From: Thermoleophilaceae bacterium
Lineage (GTDB): Bacteria > Actinomycetota > Thermoleophilia > Solirubrobacterales > JACPNS01
Reading direction: 5' to 3'
DNA length: 64,000 nt
Assembly (NCBI GenBank): GCA_016462645.1
Contig: JAEMSX010000004.1
Coordinates: forward strand, 18,733 to 82,732
Shown here: positions 39,592 through 47,798 of the stretch, in pieces
Layout of the letters: every line of letters begins with the position of its first letter
Numbering within the stretch: the first letter of the stretch is position 1
Notes under the pieces: generated by a model
Told to the model about the DNA's origin: nothing
What the model saw: the letters and a program-made list of their open reading frames with translations, nothing else
The model's database searches: none
Position numbers and translations under genes: made by a program

Positions 39592-40434
39592 ATGAACGCA
39601 GAGGCACAAAGCCAACCAGCAAAGCCCGCACGCGCGGGACGCAGTCGCCGAATCGGCGGCGAGTTCGGTGACGTCGAACTTCGCGACCTCTGGAAGAAGT
39701 ACAAAGCTGATGGCGACCGCCACGCACGTGAGCGCCTCGTTCTCGCCTACTCGCCGCTGGTCAAGTACGTCGCGGGCAAGATGGGCTCCGGCCTGCCGAG
39801 CTACGTCGACGACGCAGACCTGATTTCCTACGGACTTACAGGCTTGATCAGCGCTATTGAGCGCTTTGAACCCTCACGCGAGATCAAGTTCGAGACCTAC
39901 GCGATGAGCCGCATCAAGGGCTCGATCATCGACGAACTGCGCTCGATGGACTGGGTCCCGCGCTCGGTCCGCATGCGCGCACGTGAGTTCGAGCGCGCCA
40001 ACGCGAAGCTCGAGCACAAGTACCACCGCGCGCCGACCGACCAGGAACTCGCAGACGAACTCGGGGTCACGCCGGAAGAGCTGCAAGAGCACATCCAGCA
40101 GATCTCAAACAGCGCCGTGATCGCGCTCGACGAGCTGTGGTCGGTGTCCGATTCTTCTGGCGGCCAGGTATCGCTGCTCGACACGATTGAGGACCCGAAC
40201 GCCGCCGACCCTGAACGTTCGTTCGATGCCGTGAATGTCAAGGAACAGATCGCGGAAGCGATCAGTCGCCTGCCCGAGCGCGAGAAGCTCGTCGTCGCGC
40301 TCTACTACTACGAGAACCTGACGCTGCGTGAAATCGGCGAAGTCCTCGGCGTCACCGAGTCCCGCGTGTCGCAGCTGCACACCAAGGCTGTGCTGCGACT
40401 GAAGTCGCGCCTGCAGGACGACGGCGACCTCTAG
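39592..40434 (+). CDS. whiG: RNA polymerase sigma factor, FliA/WhiG (sigma-28) family
   Basis: Region 2 (YSPLVKYVAGKM...DLISYGLTGLISAIERFEP...FETYAMSRIKGSIIDELR) and region 4 (LTLREIGEVLGVTESRVSQLHTKA). The symbol follows actinobacterial usage and is tentative. Confidence 0.78.
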   Translation: MNAEAQSQPAKPARAGRSRRIGGEFGDVELRDLWKKYKADGDRHARERLVLAYSPLVKYVAGKMGSGLPSYVDDADLISYGLTGLISAIERFEPSREIKFETYAMSRIKGSIIDELRSMDWVPRSVRMRAREFERANAKLEHKYHRAPTDQELADELGVTPEELQEHIQQISNSAVIALDELWSVSDSSGGQVSLLDTIEDPNAADPERSFDAVNVKEQIAEAISRLPEREKLVVALYYYENLTLREIGEVLGVTESRVSQLHTKAVLRLKSRLQDDGDL

Positions 40435-40439
40435 GTCGC

Positions 40440-41000
40440 TCACCTACGCGCAACCACCACACCTGCGTGCCAGCCGGGCGCGCGACCGTTGGGCGGCAGT
40501 TCGATTCCATCCGTGTTGACGCCTGCGCGTTCGAGCAGCCACGCGATCACGGAGTTCGAGTTCCACATCTCCCCGACGCCCAGCTCATCGCGGCCCCAGA
40601 CGGGCGTGGGGATCGCTGGAGCGTGCTCGAGCACCCGCATCGCGACGTCGCGATCGCGCGACACGGTCACCGGGCTTGCGACGGCCTCGGCGATGTCCGG
40701 GATCGATCCTCCCAGCCAGCAGCGCGCCTCGTAGCGAAAGAGCCTCAGACCCCCGAGGATCCTCGAGCCGACGATTCCCTCGGCGACGCGACCGTGGTCG
40801 CCCTTGGCTTCCGGGCAGAGCTCGATCGTCCAGGTCTCATCGTCAATCGTGACGATCAACGCGGAGTGGAACAGATCCCGGCGTTCACGGCGCTGAGCGG
40901 CCGCTGCGATGAACTCAAACACCTTGCCGTTCAGTCGAACCGACGACCCGCCAGCACCCAGTGGAAGCCAGTAGAGGTCGACCGCGATCACGAGATTCAC
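40440..41000 (-). CDS. Conserved-looking hypothetical protein (186 aa, function unknown)
   Basis: The GTG at 41000 gives a compact, globular-looking product (VNLVIAVDLYWLPLGAGG...). The upstream part of the long ORF is Arg/Ser-rich junk that overlaps the divergent gene. Confidence 0.5.
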   Translation of the reverse strand: MNLVIAVDLYWLPLGAGGSSVRLNGKVFEFIAAAAQRRERRDLFHSALIVTIDDETWTIELCPEAKGDHGRVAEGIVGSRILGGLRLFRYEARCWLGGSIPDIAEAVASPVTVSRDRDVAMRVLEHAPAIPTPVWGRDELGVGEMWNSNSVIAWLLERAGVNTDGIELPPNGRAPGWHAGVVVARR

Positions 41001-41034
41001 GCTACCAGCGCCGGGCGGACTATTTTCTCTGCGT

Positions 41035-41796
41035 ATGGCTGTCAAAGAACTCCGCCCGCACCTCGATCCCGAGAGCTGCTCCATCTGTGGACGCCGCCTG
41101 CTCCAGGGCGAGGAGGTCAACTGGTACGTCGCGCCCGACGCCAGTCGCCGTGTCGTCTGCGAGCTCTGCGTGCCGCGCGCGGAGCGCGTGCGATGGGTAC
41201 GCGAGCGTGACGGCGAGGAGATCGTGCAGCTGCGCCCGACCCGCGGTGAGCGCGTCGGCATGATGCGCCGCGTGGCTGACTTCTTCGGAGCATCCGAGCC
41301 TGCCGAGGAGGACGACTTTGCCGGCGGCGCAGCACGCCCCGACCAGGAGGGACGCCGCCGCACGCGCGCGGAGCGCCGCAGCGCCCGCCAGGAGCCACCG
41401 GAGATCGAGCCGCGGCCGCGTGACGTACTTGCCGTGCCCACCGAGCCTGAGTCGCGTCTTGAGCGCGGCCTCGAGCTCTTCAACATGTCGCAGTTCCCGC
41501 GAACCATCGCCGGTTTGTCGCGTTCGCTCGGCGACCCTCAGGTCTCTGCGATCAACGCCGTCGATGGCACGGCCGTGGATATCTGGGTCGGCTGGGACCT
41601 GGCCTGGTACGCCTACCGCGTGACGCTCGGCGATCCGACCGAGCCGGTCGAGCAGTCCGGTCGCGGAAACGACATCGACGAACTCGCAGGCGAGGTCACC
41701 GACTGGAACGCCGGCGCCGACGGATTCGGACGCCTCTTCCTGCTGGGTGGCGGAGAAACGTCCGACCTGCCCGCCAGCGAGAATCCCGCTCCATGA
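41035..41796 (+). CDS. Hypothetical protein with an N-terminal CxxC...CxxC zinc-ribbon-like motif
   Basis: CSICGRRL...VVCELC, then a charged linker and a C-terminal globular part. Its stop overlaps the RNase H start (ATGA). Confidence 0.5.
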   Translation: MAVKELRPHLDPESCSICGRRLLQGEEVNWYVAPDASRRVVCELCVPRAERVRWVRERDGEEIVQLRPTRGERVGMMRRVADFFGASEPAEEDDFAGGAARPDQEGRRRTRAERRSARQEPPEIEPRPRDVLAVPTEPESRLERGLELFNMSQFPRTIAGLSRSLGDPQVSAINAVDGTAVDIWVGWDLAWYAYRVTLGDPTEPVEQSGRGNDIDELAGEVTDWNAGADGFGRLFLLGGGETSDLPASENPAP

Positions 41797-42197
41797 AACT
41801 TGTGATCCATGTTGACGGCGGCTCGCGAGGCAACCCGGGCCCGGCTGCAATCGCCGCCGTGCTCAGTTCGCCCGACGGCGAAGTCGTCGCCGACGCCAAA
41901 GAGACGATCGGCATCGCCTCGAACAACGTCGCCGAGTACAAGGCGCTGCTGCTCGGTCTCCAGCGCGCGCGCGAGCTCGGCGCGTCCGAGGTCGAAGTCG
42001 TGAACGACTCAGAGTTGGTGCAGAAGCAGATCAACGGCCAGTACAAGGTCAAGCACCCGGACATGAAGCCGCTCTACGCGGAGTCGCTCGCGGCGCTTGG
42101 CGAGTTTGATTCCTGGCTTGTGCGTTCCGTGCCGCGCGCGCAGAACAAGGACGCGGACGCGCTCGTGAATCAGGCGCTCGACGCGGCCGCGCTTTAG
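41793..42197 (+). CDS. Ribonuclease H (type 1, RNase HI-like)
   Basis: VDGGSRGNPGPAA, SNNVAEYKALLLGL, VVNDSELVQKQ and QNKDADALVNQALD carry the DEDD-type residues of the RNase H fold. Confidence 0.8.
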   Translation: MKLVIHVDGGSRGNPGPAAIAAVLSSPDGEVVADAKETIGIASNNVAEYKALLLGLQRARELGASEVEVVNDSELVQKQINGQYKVKHPDMKPLYAESLAALGEFDSWLVRSVPRAQNKDADALVNQALDAAAL

Positions 42198-43375
42198 TTC
42201 CTGGATCGCTCACGGAGCGTGTCCATCGTCTCGTCGCCTTGCTTTTGCCACGCGCGGACGTAGTCAACCTCCATCGTGCTTCCAGCGGGCGCTGACAATC
42301 CACGAATGATCGCGAGCTGGATGATCGGATACATCAACTCGTGGGGAACCTGGGACGGGACGGCGAATTGGGGTCCCGGATTTCCGTCCAGATAGAACTG
42401 AACCTGATCCTCAGTCCAGAGGAGGGAATACGTGTGCCAGCTCTCGACGAGGTCCTGACCGACGTACGCACGCAAAGGCGCATTGCGGTACTCCTCCCCG
42501 GCGGCGTTGTCCACCTCCCAGTGCAGCGAGGAGTACGGAAATCGCTCCACGAGCGTGTTGAAGAACTCAAAGATGTCGATCTCCGGCGGCCACCCGTCCT
42601 CGCCGGGAAGCATCCAGAATGAGGGCCAACAGCCATTGCAGCGTGGCACGCGGATGCGGGATTCGAGATAGCCGTACTTGTACTCGAAGACGTGGTGGGA
42701 GTTGATCGAGCCAGTCGAAGTCGGATACCCGGCGGCAGGCGTGTTTGACGTCCTGAGCTTGAGGACACCGTCTTCGATCGAAACGTTGGACGTCGCGTAT
42801 CCGGCTCCCTCAAGATTGCTGTAAGGAATGCCTCCCTTTATCCAGTCGTCGCGTTGGGCGTTCCAGTGATCCAAGGTCGTGGGCATCTCGTCAAAGCTGT
42901 CGTCCAGTTGGGGCTTCCAGCCCGCGTTCACTGCGGAGACACGCACGCCTTCAGGTGGGGGTCGGAAGACCTCCACCTGAACGTTTCGCTCGACGAGTCG
43001 GGTTCGGTGTTCGTGTGATCCGGATTCGCGGTGAAACGTGTAGTCAGCAGTGATGTGCAGGTGCCGTTTGCCGGCAACCGTCAGGCCGCTGTCGTATGTC
43101 GCACCGCGACGGGTCGTGAGGGGCAGTCGTCGGTCGAAGTTCAGCTCGACCCCGTTCACCAGGAAGCGTGCGCGGAAGACCCGGGAATTCTTCGAGAGTT
43201 CCAGGCGAACGCGAATCGGAACCCTGGACGCCACCACTTTTCCCGGGGTCGGCGAGAGCACGATCAGCCGCGGAGCAGCAGCCAGAGCGGAGTCTGCCGG
43301 GAGAAGTAGCGGCAGAACGGGCAGGAGTAGGAGCAGGAGCGGTACCCGCGCCATCGATTTCATGCGCGTTGACAT
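42194..43375 (-). CDS. Secreted glycoside hydrolase family 16-like protein with an N-terminal Ig-like module (paralog 1)
   Basis: Signal peptide. CNGCWPSFWMLP and WPPEIDIFEF (GH16 ExDxxE catalytic motif). Confidence 0.75.
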   Translation of the reverse strand: MSTRMKSMARVPLLLLLLPVLPLLLPADSALAAAPRLIVLSPTPGKVVASRVPIRVRLELSKNSRVFRARFLVNGVELNFDRRLPLTTRRGATYDSGLTVAGKRHLHITADYTFHRESGSHEHRTRLVERNVQVEVFRPPPEGVRVSAVNAGWKPQLDDSFDEMPTTLDHWNAQRDDWIKGGIPYSNLEGAGYATSNVSIEDGVLKLRTSNTPAAGYPTSTGSINSHHVFEYKYGYLESRIRVPRCNGCWPSFWMLPGEDGWPPEIDIFEFFNTLVERFPYSSLHWEVDNAAGEEYRNAPLRAYVGQDLVESWHTYSLLWTEDQVQFYLDGNPGPQFAVPSQVPHELMYPIIQLAIIRGLSAPAGSTMEVDYVRAWQKQGDETMDTLRERSRN

Positions 43376-43434
43376 CGCAGGTCACCGAACCAACCTACTC
43401 CCTTCGTCGAAAACTGGGTACGGCTAGGGAGGCG

Positions 43435-44562
43435 CTATCTCTTGCGCGACCACGCCCGCACGTAATCGACCTGCATCGTGCTGCCGGCTGGAGGGCGGTG
43501 TCCGGCCCCGACGGCCAGCTGGATGATCGGGTACATCGCAAGGTGCGGGATCTTCGACTGCTTGCTGAACTGCGGTCCCGGGAAGCCGTCGATGTAGAAC
43601 TGAACGGTGCGCTTGGTCCAGAGCACGCCATAGGTGTGCCAGGTGCCGAGATAGTTGTCGAAGTCGGTGATCCGCAGCCGCTGGCTGAAGTACTCCTCCT
43701 TCTTCGGGCCGGGCACCGGCCAGTGCACTGCCGAGTACGGGATCACCTGCTTTGAGGTGTCGAAGTACTCGATGATGTCGATCTCGGGCGGCCAGTGATC
43801 GGCGCTCGGCAGCATCCAGAACGCGGGCCAGCAACCGGAACAGGCCGGGATCAGCAGCCGCGCCTCGATGTAGCCGTACTTGAAGGAGAAGTTCTTGTTC
43901 GTGTTCACCGACCCGGTCGACTGCACGAATCCGGGCGACGCGCGGTGTGAGGTGGAGATGTTCATCAGTCCGTTGGCGACCCTGACGTTCGACGGCAGGT
44001 AGCCAGCACCCTCAAGGTTGCTGTAGGGCACGCCGCGCTTGATCCAGTCGTCACGCTGGGTCTTCCAGGTTGCCTGCGAGGCGACGGGGGAGGCGAAGTC
44101 GTCGTTGAAGATCTGGGCCCAGCTCGCGGCGGGCAGGGGCTGCGCTGCGGTGGGCGGGCGGAAGACATGGACGCGCACGGTCAGGCGACGAGTTTTCTCG
44201 ACGATCCTGCCGCCCGAGCGCCGCACGGAGAAAGCCACTTTGAACTTCAGCCTGTTCGAACCGGCGGGGAGCGTGTTGGTGTCGATGAACGAGTCTCGCG
44301 CGACCGTGAACGGCGCGCTGTGGTCCGTGGAGATCAGTTGCCCGTTGAAGTAGAAGCGTGCGCTCGTGACTGATGAGTTCTTGACGCCTGTGAGCCGCGC
44401 CTCGATCTTCTGTTTGCCTGCGACGGTGATCCCACTGACCGGAGCGCCGATCTTCAGCTTCGCCGCGGCGAGCGCGGACTGCGCAGGTGCGAGTGCGATG
44501 GTGAGCGGGACCACTGTGAGTGCGAGTCGAAGTTTCGCGTTCATAGAGGCCCCTTTACCCAC
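43435..44562 (-). CDS. Secreted GH16-like protein with an N-terminal Ig-like module (paralog 2)
   Basis: Signal peptide ending ALAAA. CSGCWPAFWMLP and WPPEIDIIEY. Confidence 0.75.
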   Translation of the reverse strand: MGKGASMNAKLRLALTVVPLTIALAPAQSALAAAKLKIGAPVSGITVAGKQKIEARLTGVKNSSVTSARFYFNGQLISTDHSAPFTVARDSFIDTNTLPAGSNRLKFKVAFSVRRSGGRIVEKTRRLTVRVHVFRPPTAAQPLPAASWAQIFNDDFASPVASQATWKTQRDDWIKRGVPYSNLEGAGYLPSNVRVANGLMNISTSHRASPGFVQSTGSVNTNKNFSFKYGYIEARLLIPACSGCWPAFWMLPSADHWPPEIDIIEYFDTSKQVIPYSAVHWPVPGPKKEEYFSQRLRITDFDNYLGTWHTYGVLWTKRTVQFYIDGFPGPQFSKQSKIPHLAMYPIIQLAVGAGHRPPAGSTMQVDYVRAWSRKR

Positions 44563-45813
44563 TCAGGTGTTCGAGGAGTACACGCGCAGGTAGTCGATCT
44601 TCATTGACTCGCCGGCATTCGGCGTGCCGGTGTCTGGGTTGCACTGACGCGTGTCATGGCCATTTTCGTCGATGTCCTCCGGGTCAAGCGTGCTGTCCAC
44701 ACGGCAGATCGCCATCATGTAGATCAGGTACATCGGCTCCTGCGGGATCTTTGAAGCGCCGACCACGCGCGCACCGAGCTTGTTGTCGATGTAGATCTCG
44801 ACGTAGTTCGGAGTCCAGAGCATCCCGTAGGTGTGCCAGGAGTCGAGGTAGTTGCCGAGATCTCCGGCTGGATGTGTGACGCCGTACTCCTGCGGCTTCG
44901 GGCTGGGAACGGGCGCGTCGTCGCTGTTGTAGTGCTCGTAGAACTGGTTGTCGCCCTCGGGGCCGTCGGGCGTCCAGTGGAAGACGCTGTGCGGGAAAGT
45001 CCGCGAGTAGACGCTGAACTGAAAGAACTCGAAGATGTCGATCTCGGGTGGCCAGTTGTCGCCCGTCGCCGGCATGATCCAGAACGAGGGCCAGCAGCCG
45101 TTGCATGCCGGGACCCACGCACGGGTCTCCACGTAGCCGTACTTGAAGGCGAATTTGCCCTTCGAGTTGACCATTCCCGTCGATCGCGTGAGGTCTCCCG
45201 CCGAGGGGTCCGGCGCTTGCTCATCAGAGATCCGCAGGTCGAGCCGACCATCGCTGACCGAAACGTTGTTCGGGTTGTACGCCGCGCCCTCGGCGTAGTT
45301 GTAGGGGCGCGAGAGCGCCGGGGTGCCCGGCGTCTCTTCGTCGATCGAGTCGTAGCGCTGGGTGTTCCAGGCAGATTCAGTGAGCGCGGTCCCGTTGAAG
45401 TCCTCGCTGGCCGCGAGCGGGAAGCCGTGTTTGGGAGGGCCGAGCGGGCCAGTGCTCTGCGCGTTCACTCCGCCGCCACCGGTGAACGAGACGCGAACGC
45501 TCTTCCTGACCGTCTTCTTGCCGATCTTCCCGTTCGGCCTGGTCCATTCATAGGTCACGACCAACGTGAGGTACGGCTTGGCCGTAGGGAGTGTGCGCGT
45601 GTCGAACTTGACGCCGGGCTTGATCGCGAAGGGGAACTTGCGGTCGATCGTGACGAGCCTGCCGTTCAGGTAGAAGCGCGCGACACGGACCCGGTCGCGG
45701 CGCTTGCTCTTCAGGGTCGCACGGACTGCGACATTGCCCGCCGAGGCCGGCGCGGTCGTGGGCGCGGTGATCGCGAGCTTCGGTCCAGAAGCAGCGAACG
45801 ACTGGCCGCTCAC
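44563..45813 (-). CDS. GH16-like protein (paralog 3); the true start is probably upstream at a non-canonical codon (up to about 45885)
   Basis: CNGCWPSFWIMP and WPPEIDIFEF. The first canonical start (GTG at 45813) removes a signal peptide that the same frame encodes just upstream. Confidence 0.7.
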   Translation of the reverse strand: MSGQSFAASGPKLAITAPTTAPASAGNVAVRATLKSKRRDRVRVARFYLNGRLVTIDRKFPFAIKPGVKFDTRTLPTAKPYLTLVVTYEWTRPNGKIGKKTVRKSVRVSFTGGGGVNAQSTGPLGPPKHGFPLAASEDFNGTALTESAWNTQRYDSIDEETPGTPALSRPYNYAEGAAYNPNNVSVSDGRLDLRISDEQAPDPSAGDLTRSTGMVNSKGKFAFKYGYVETRAWVPACNGCWPSFWIMPATGDNWPPEIDIFEFFQFSVYSRTFPHSVFHWTPDGPEGDNQFYEHYNSDDAPVPSPKPQEYGVTHPAGDLGNYLDSWHTYGMLWTPNYVEIYIDNKLGARVVGASKIPQEPMYLIYMMAICRVDSTLDPEDIDENGHDTRQCNPDTGTPNAGESMKIDYLRVYSSNT

Positions 45814-45943
45814 GAAGGTGAGCAGAAAGACGAGCAGCGTGAATGTGATTGTTGCCGAGCGCTTACTTATGCGTGAAGTGATGATGCCGTCCCCAGGGCC
45901 GAGTGGCGGACGAATTCAGGGTAACCCCAAAAGTGGGGATTGC

Positions 45944-47311
45944 CTAGGTGTTGGGCGTCCAGATGCGGACGTAGTCAACTTTCATCGACTTGCCGTTGGT
46001 CGGGGTGTACCCGCCGGGAATCGAGAGAACGAAGATCGGATACATCGCCACGTGCGGGATCGCCTTGGGATTGGTCAGCGTTGCGCCGAGCTTCCCGTCG
46101 ACGTAGAACTTGAGGAAGTCGGGCGTCCACCACATGCCGTAGGTGTGCCAACCGAGGTTGTCCGGGGCCGACTTCGGGAAGTCGTTGCTGTCCTCGGTGT
46201 AGTTCTTCGTGACATCACCAGGCTTGAGGTTCTTGTATCCCTGACCGTCCCCGGCGCTGCTGTCGTCGTCCGGATTGTGGTCGGACGGGTTGGTGACATC
46301 GTCGGCGCCGCTGGTGGCCCAGTGGGGCGTGGCGTAGGGCGCATACGGGAACTCGACGATCGAAGCCTCGACTTCGATCATTTCGAAGATGTCGATTTCG
46401 GGCGGCCAGGTGTTTGTCGTCGGCAGGATCCAGAACGCCGGCCAGCAACCGAGCTGCTCGTGTCCGTTGCTGGTGTCGTTGTCCCCATTGCAGCTCGGAG
46501 CAGCGATTCGAGCTTCTGCGTATCCGTACTTGAACGCGTACTTGCCGTCGGAGTTGATCATTCCGGTCGAGGTCGGGTAGCCGGCTGCCGGGGTGCTCGA
46601 CTTCCTGAGCTTGAGGTACGACGCTCCGGTCGGCTTGTCGAAGACGACGTTTGAAGTGCTGGTCCCGTAGCCGGATCCCTCGAAGCCGTTGTAGGGGAGA
46701 CCGTTGCCGGTCGGCCCTGGGTTGTTTCCGTTGAGGTGGTCAAACCGCTGGTTGTTCCATTTGGAGGTGTCGAGCGTCGGGCCGCTGAAGTCGTCGCTCA
46801 GCGTGACGCTCGTGCCCTGACCTGTGGGGCCGTCGGGCCAGGTCGGACCGCTCGGGGCGGTGGTACCCGGGTTCTGGGTGCCCTTCGCGCCGACGCCGGG
46901 GTCGGCGTTCACGAAGAGCGAGACAGCAATCTGCTTGGTGAGCGTCATCCGCCTGAGCTTTCGACCCTTCTTTCGCACGTCGAAGCGCACGACCAGCTTG
47001 ATCTTCGGCCTCACCGCGGGCAGCGAGCGAGTGTCGAACCGCACGCCCGACTTGATTGCGAACGGGTACTTCTTGTCGGTGGTCACCAGCTTGCCGTTGA
47101 CGTAGAAGCGGGCCCTGGTGACGCCCGCAGACCGCGGTACCGCGAGTGACGCCTTCACGGGGATCAGGCCGGCCGGAACGGTTCCCGCGACCGGCGAGCT
47201 GACCTTGAGCTTTTTGGTCGGCTGCGCGCCAGCCGTGCCGAAGGCGGAGAAAAGGGCTACCCCGAGGGATACCAGTGCGAGCGCGAGGTGCCGAGAGGAG
47301 ATATTCGTCAT
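45944..47311 (-). CDS. Secreted GH16-like protein with an N-terminal Ig-like module (paralog 4)
   Basis: The start at MTNISSRHLALALVSLG gives a signal peptide. The longer ORF would run into tRNA-Gly. GCWPAFWILP and WPPEIDIFEM. Confidence 0.75.
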   Translation of the reverse strand: MTNISSRHLALALVSLGVALFSAFGTAGAQPTKKLKVSSPVAGTVPAGLIPVKASLAVPRSAGVTRARFYVNGKLVTTDKKYPFAIKSGVRFDTRSLPAVRPKIKLVVRFDVRKKGRKLRRMTLTKQIAVSLFVNADPGVGAKGTQNPGTTAPSGPTWPDGPTGQGTSVTLSDDFSGPTLDTSKWNNQRFDHLNGNNPGPTGNGLPYNGFEGSGYGTSTSNVVFDKPTGASYLKLRKSSTPAAGYPTSTGMINSDGKYAFKYGYAEARIAAPSCNGDNDTSNGHEQLGCWPAFWILPTTNTWPPEIDIFEMIEVEASIVEFPYAPYATPHWATSGADDVTNPSDHNPDDDSSAGDGQGYKNLKPGDVTKNYTEDSNDFPKSAPDNLGWHTYGMWWTPDFLKFYVDGKLGATLTNPKAIPHVAMYPIFVLSIPGGYTPTNGKSMKVDYVRIWTPNT

Positions 47312-47356
47312 GAAGGAAGAATGCGGCCGTTCCGAGATGGCGCAATTCGGTGATGA

Positions 47357-47430
47357 AGCGGATGAAGGGACTCGAACCCTCGACCTTCTGCATGGCAAGC
47401 AGACGCTCTAGCCAACTGAGCTACATCCGC
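47357..47430 (-). tRNA. tRNA-Gly (anticodon GCC)
   Basis: Hand-folded cloverleaf. Acceptor GCGGATG/CATCCGC, D arm GCTC-AGTTGGCTA-GAGC, anticodon arm TCTGC-TTGCCAT-GCAGA, T arm GAGGG-TTCGAGT-CCCTT. 74 nt, CCA not encoded. Confidence 0.9.
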
Positions 47431-47533
47431 GAGGTTGGGGGGATTGTAGCCACAGAGTTGTCACGGCGTCCGGGGTGCCGCTGATCTTTCAACTAACCTT
47501 GCGCACTCGCACGAGGGAGCGCGCGACAAACCT

Positions 47534-47604
47534 GGCGACGTGGCGGAATGGTTACGCAGCGGCCTGCAAAGCCGTTTACACCGGTTCGATTCCGGTCGTC
47601 GCCT
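47534..47604 (+). tRNA. tRNA-Cys (anticodon GCA)
   Basis: Acceptor GGCGACG/CGTCGCC, anticodon arm GCGGC-CTGCAAA-GCCGT, T arm ACCGG-TTCGATT-CCGGT. 71 nt. Confidence 0.9.
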
Positions 47605-47764
47605 TTTTTGAAGCGCTGACTTGCACGATCTCGCCGATGCTCGGGCGAGGGACCTCGGTCACGACCGGGAGGTCGCTCCCTCGGGCCCTCACCCTGCGCG
47701 TCGACGATCTCGCACAATTCAGCGCTTCAAAAGATGTTGGGGTGGGGTATCGCGGTCCCTTTTT
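47605..47764 (+). promoter_or_regulatory. Structured leader or element between tRNA-Cys and the beta-helix gene
   Basis: A 14-bp long-range inverted repeat TTTTGAAGCGCTGA (47606-47619) / TCAGCGCTTCAAAA (47719-47732) encloses 99 nt. The enclosed segment holds an internal GGGC-GAGGGA-CC hairpin and a 10-nt direct repeat ACGATCTCGC. A weak hairpin plus T5 follows at 47744-47764. Confidence 0.3.
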
Positions 47765-47798
47765 CAAGCCGGTTGCGGTGTGTGCCGATTGGCTGAGG

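Noticed and set aside
41793-42197. The RNase H-like gene as part of a retron or reverse-transcriptase system.
   Set aside because: Only the RNase H fold is present. There is no RT domain, no msr/msd-like structure and no effector gene nearby.
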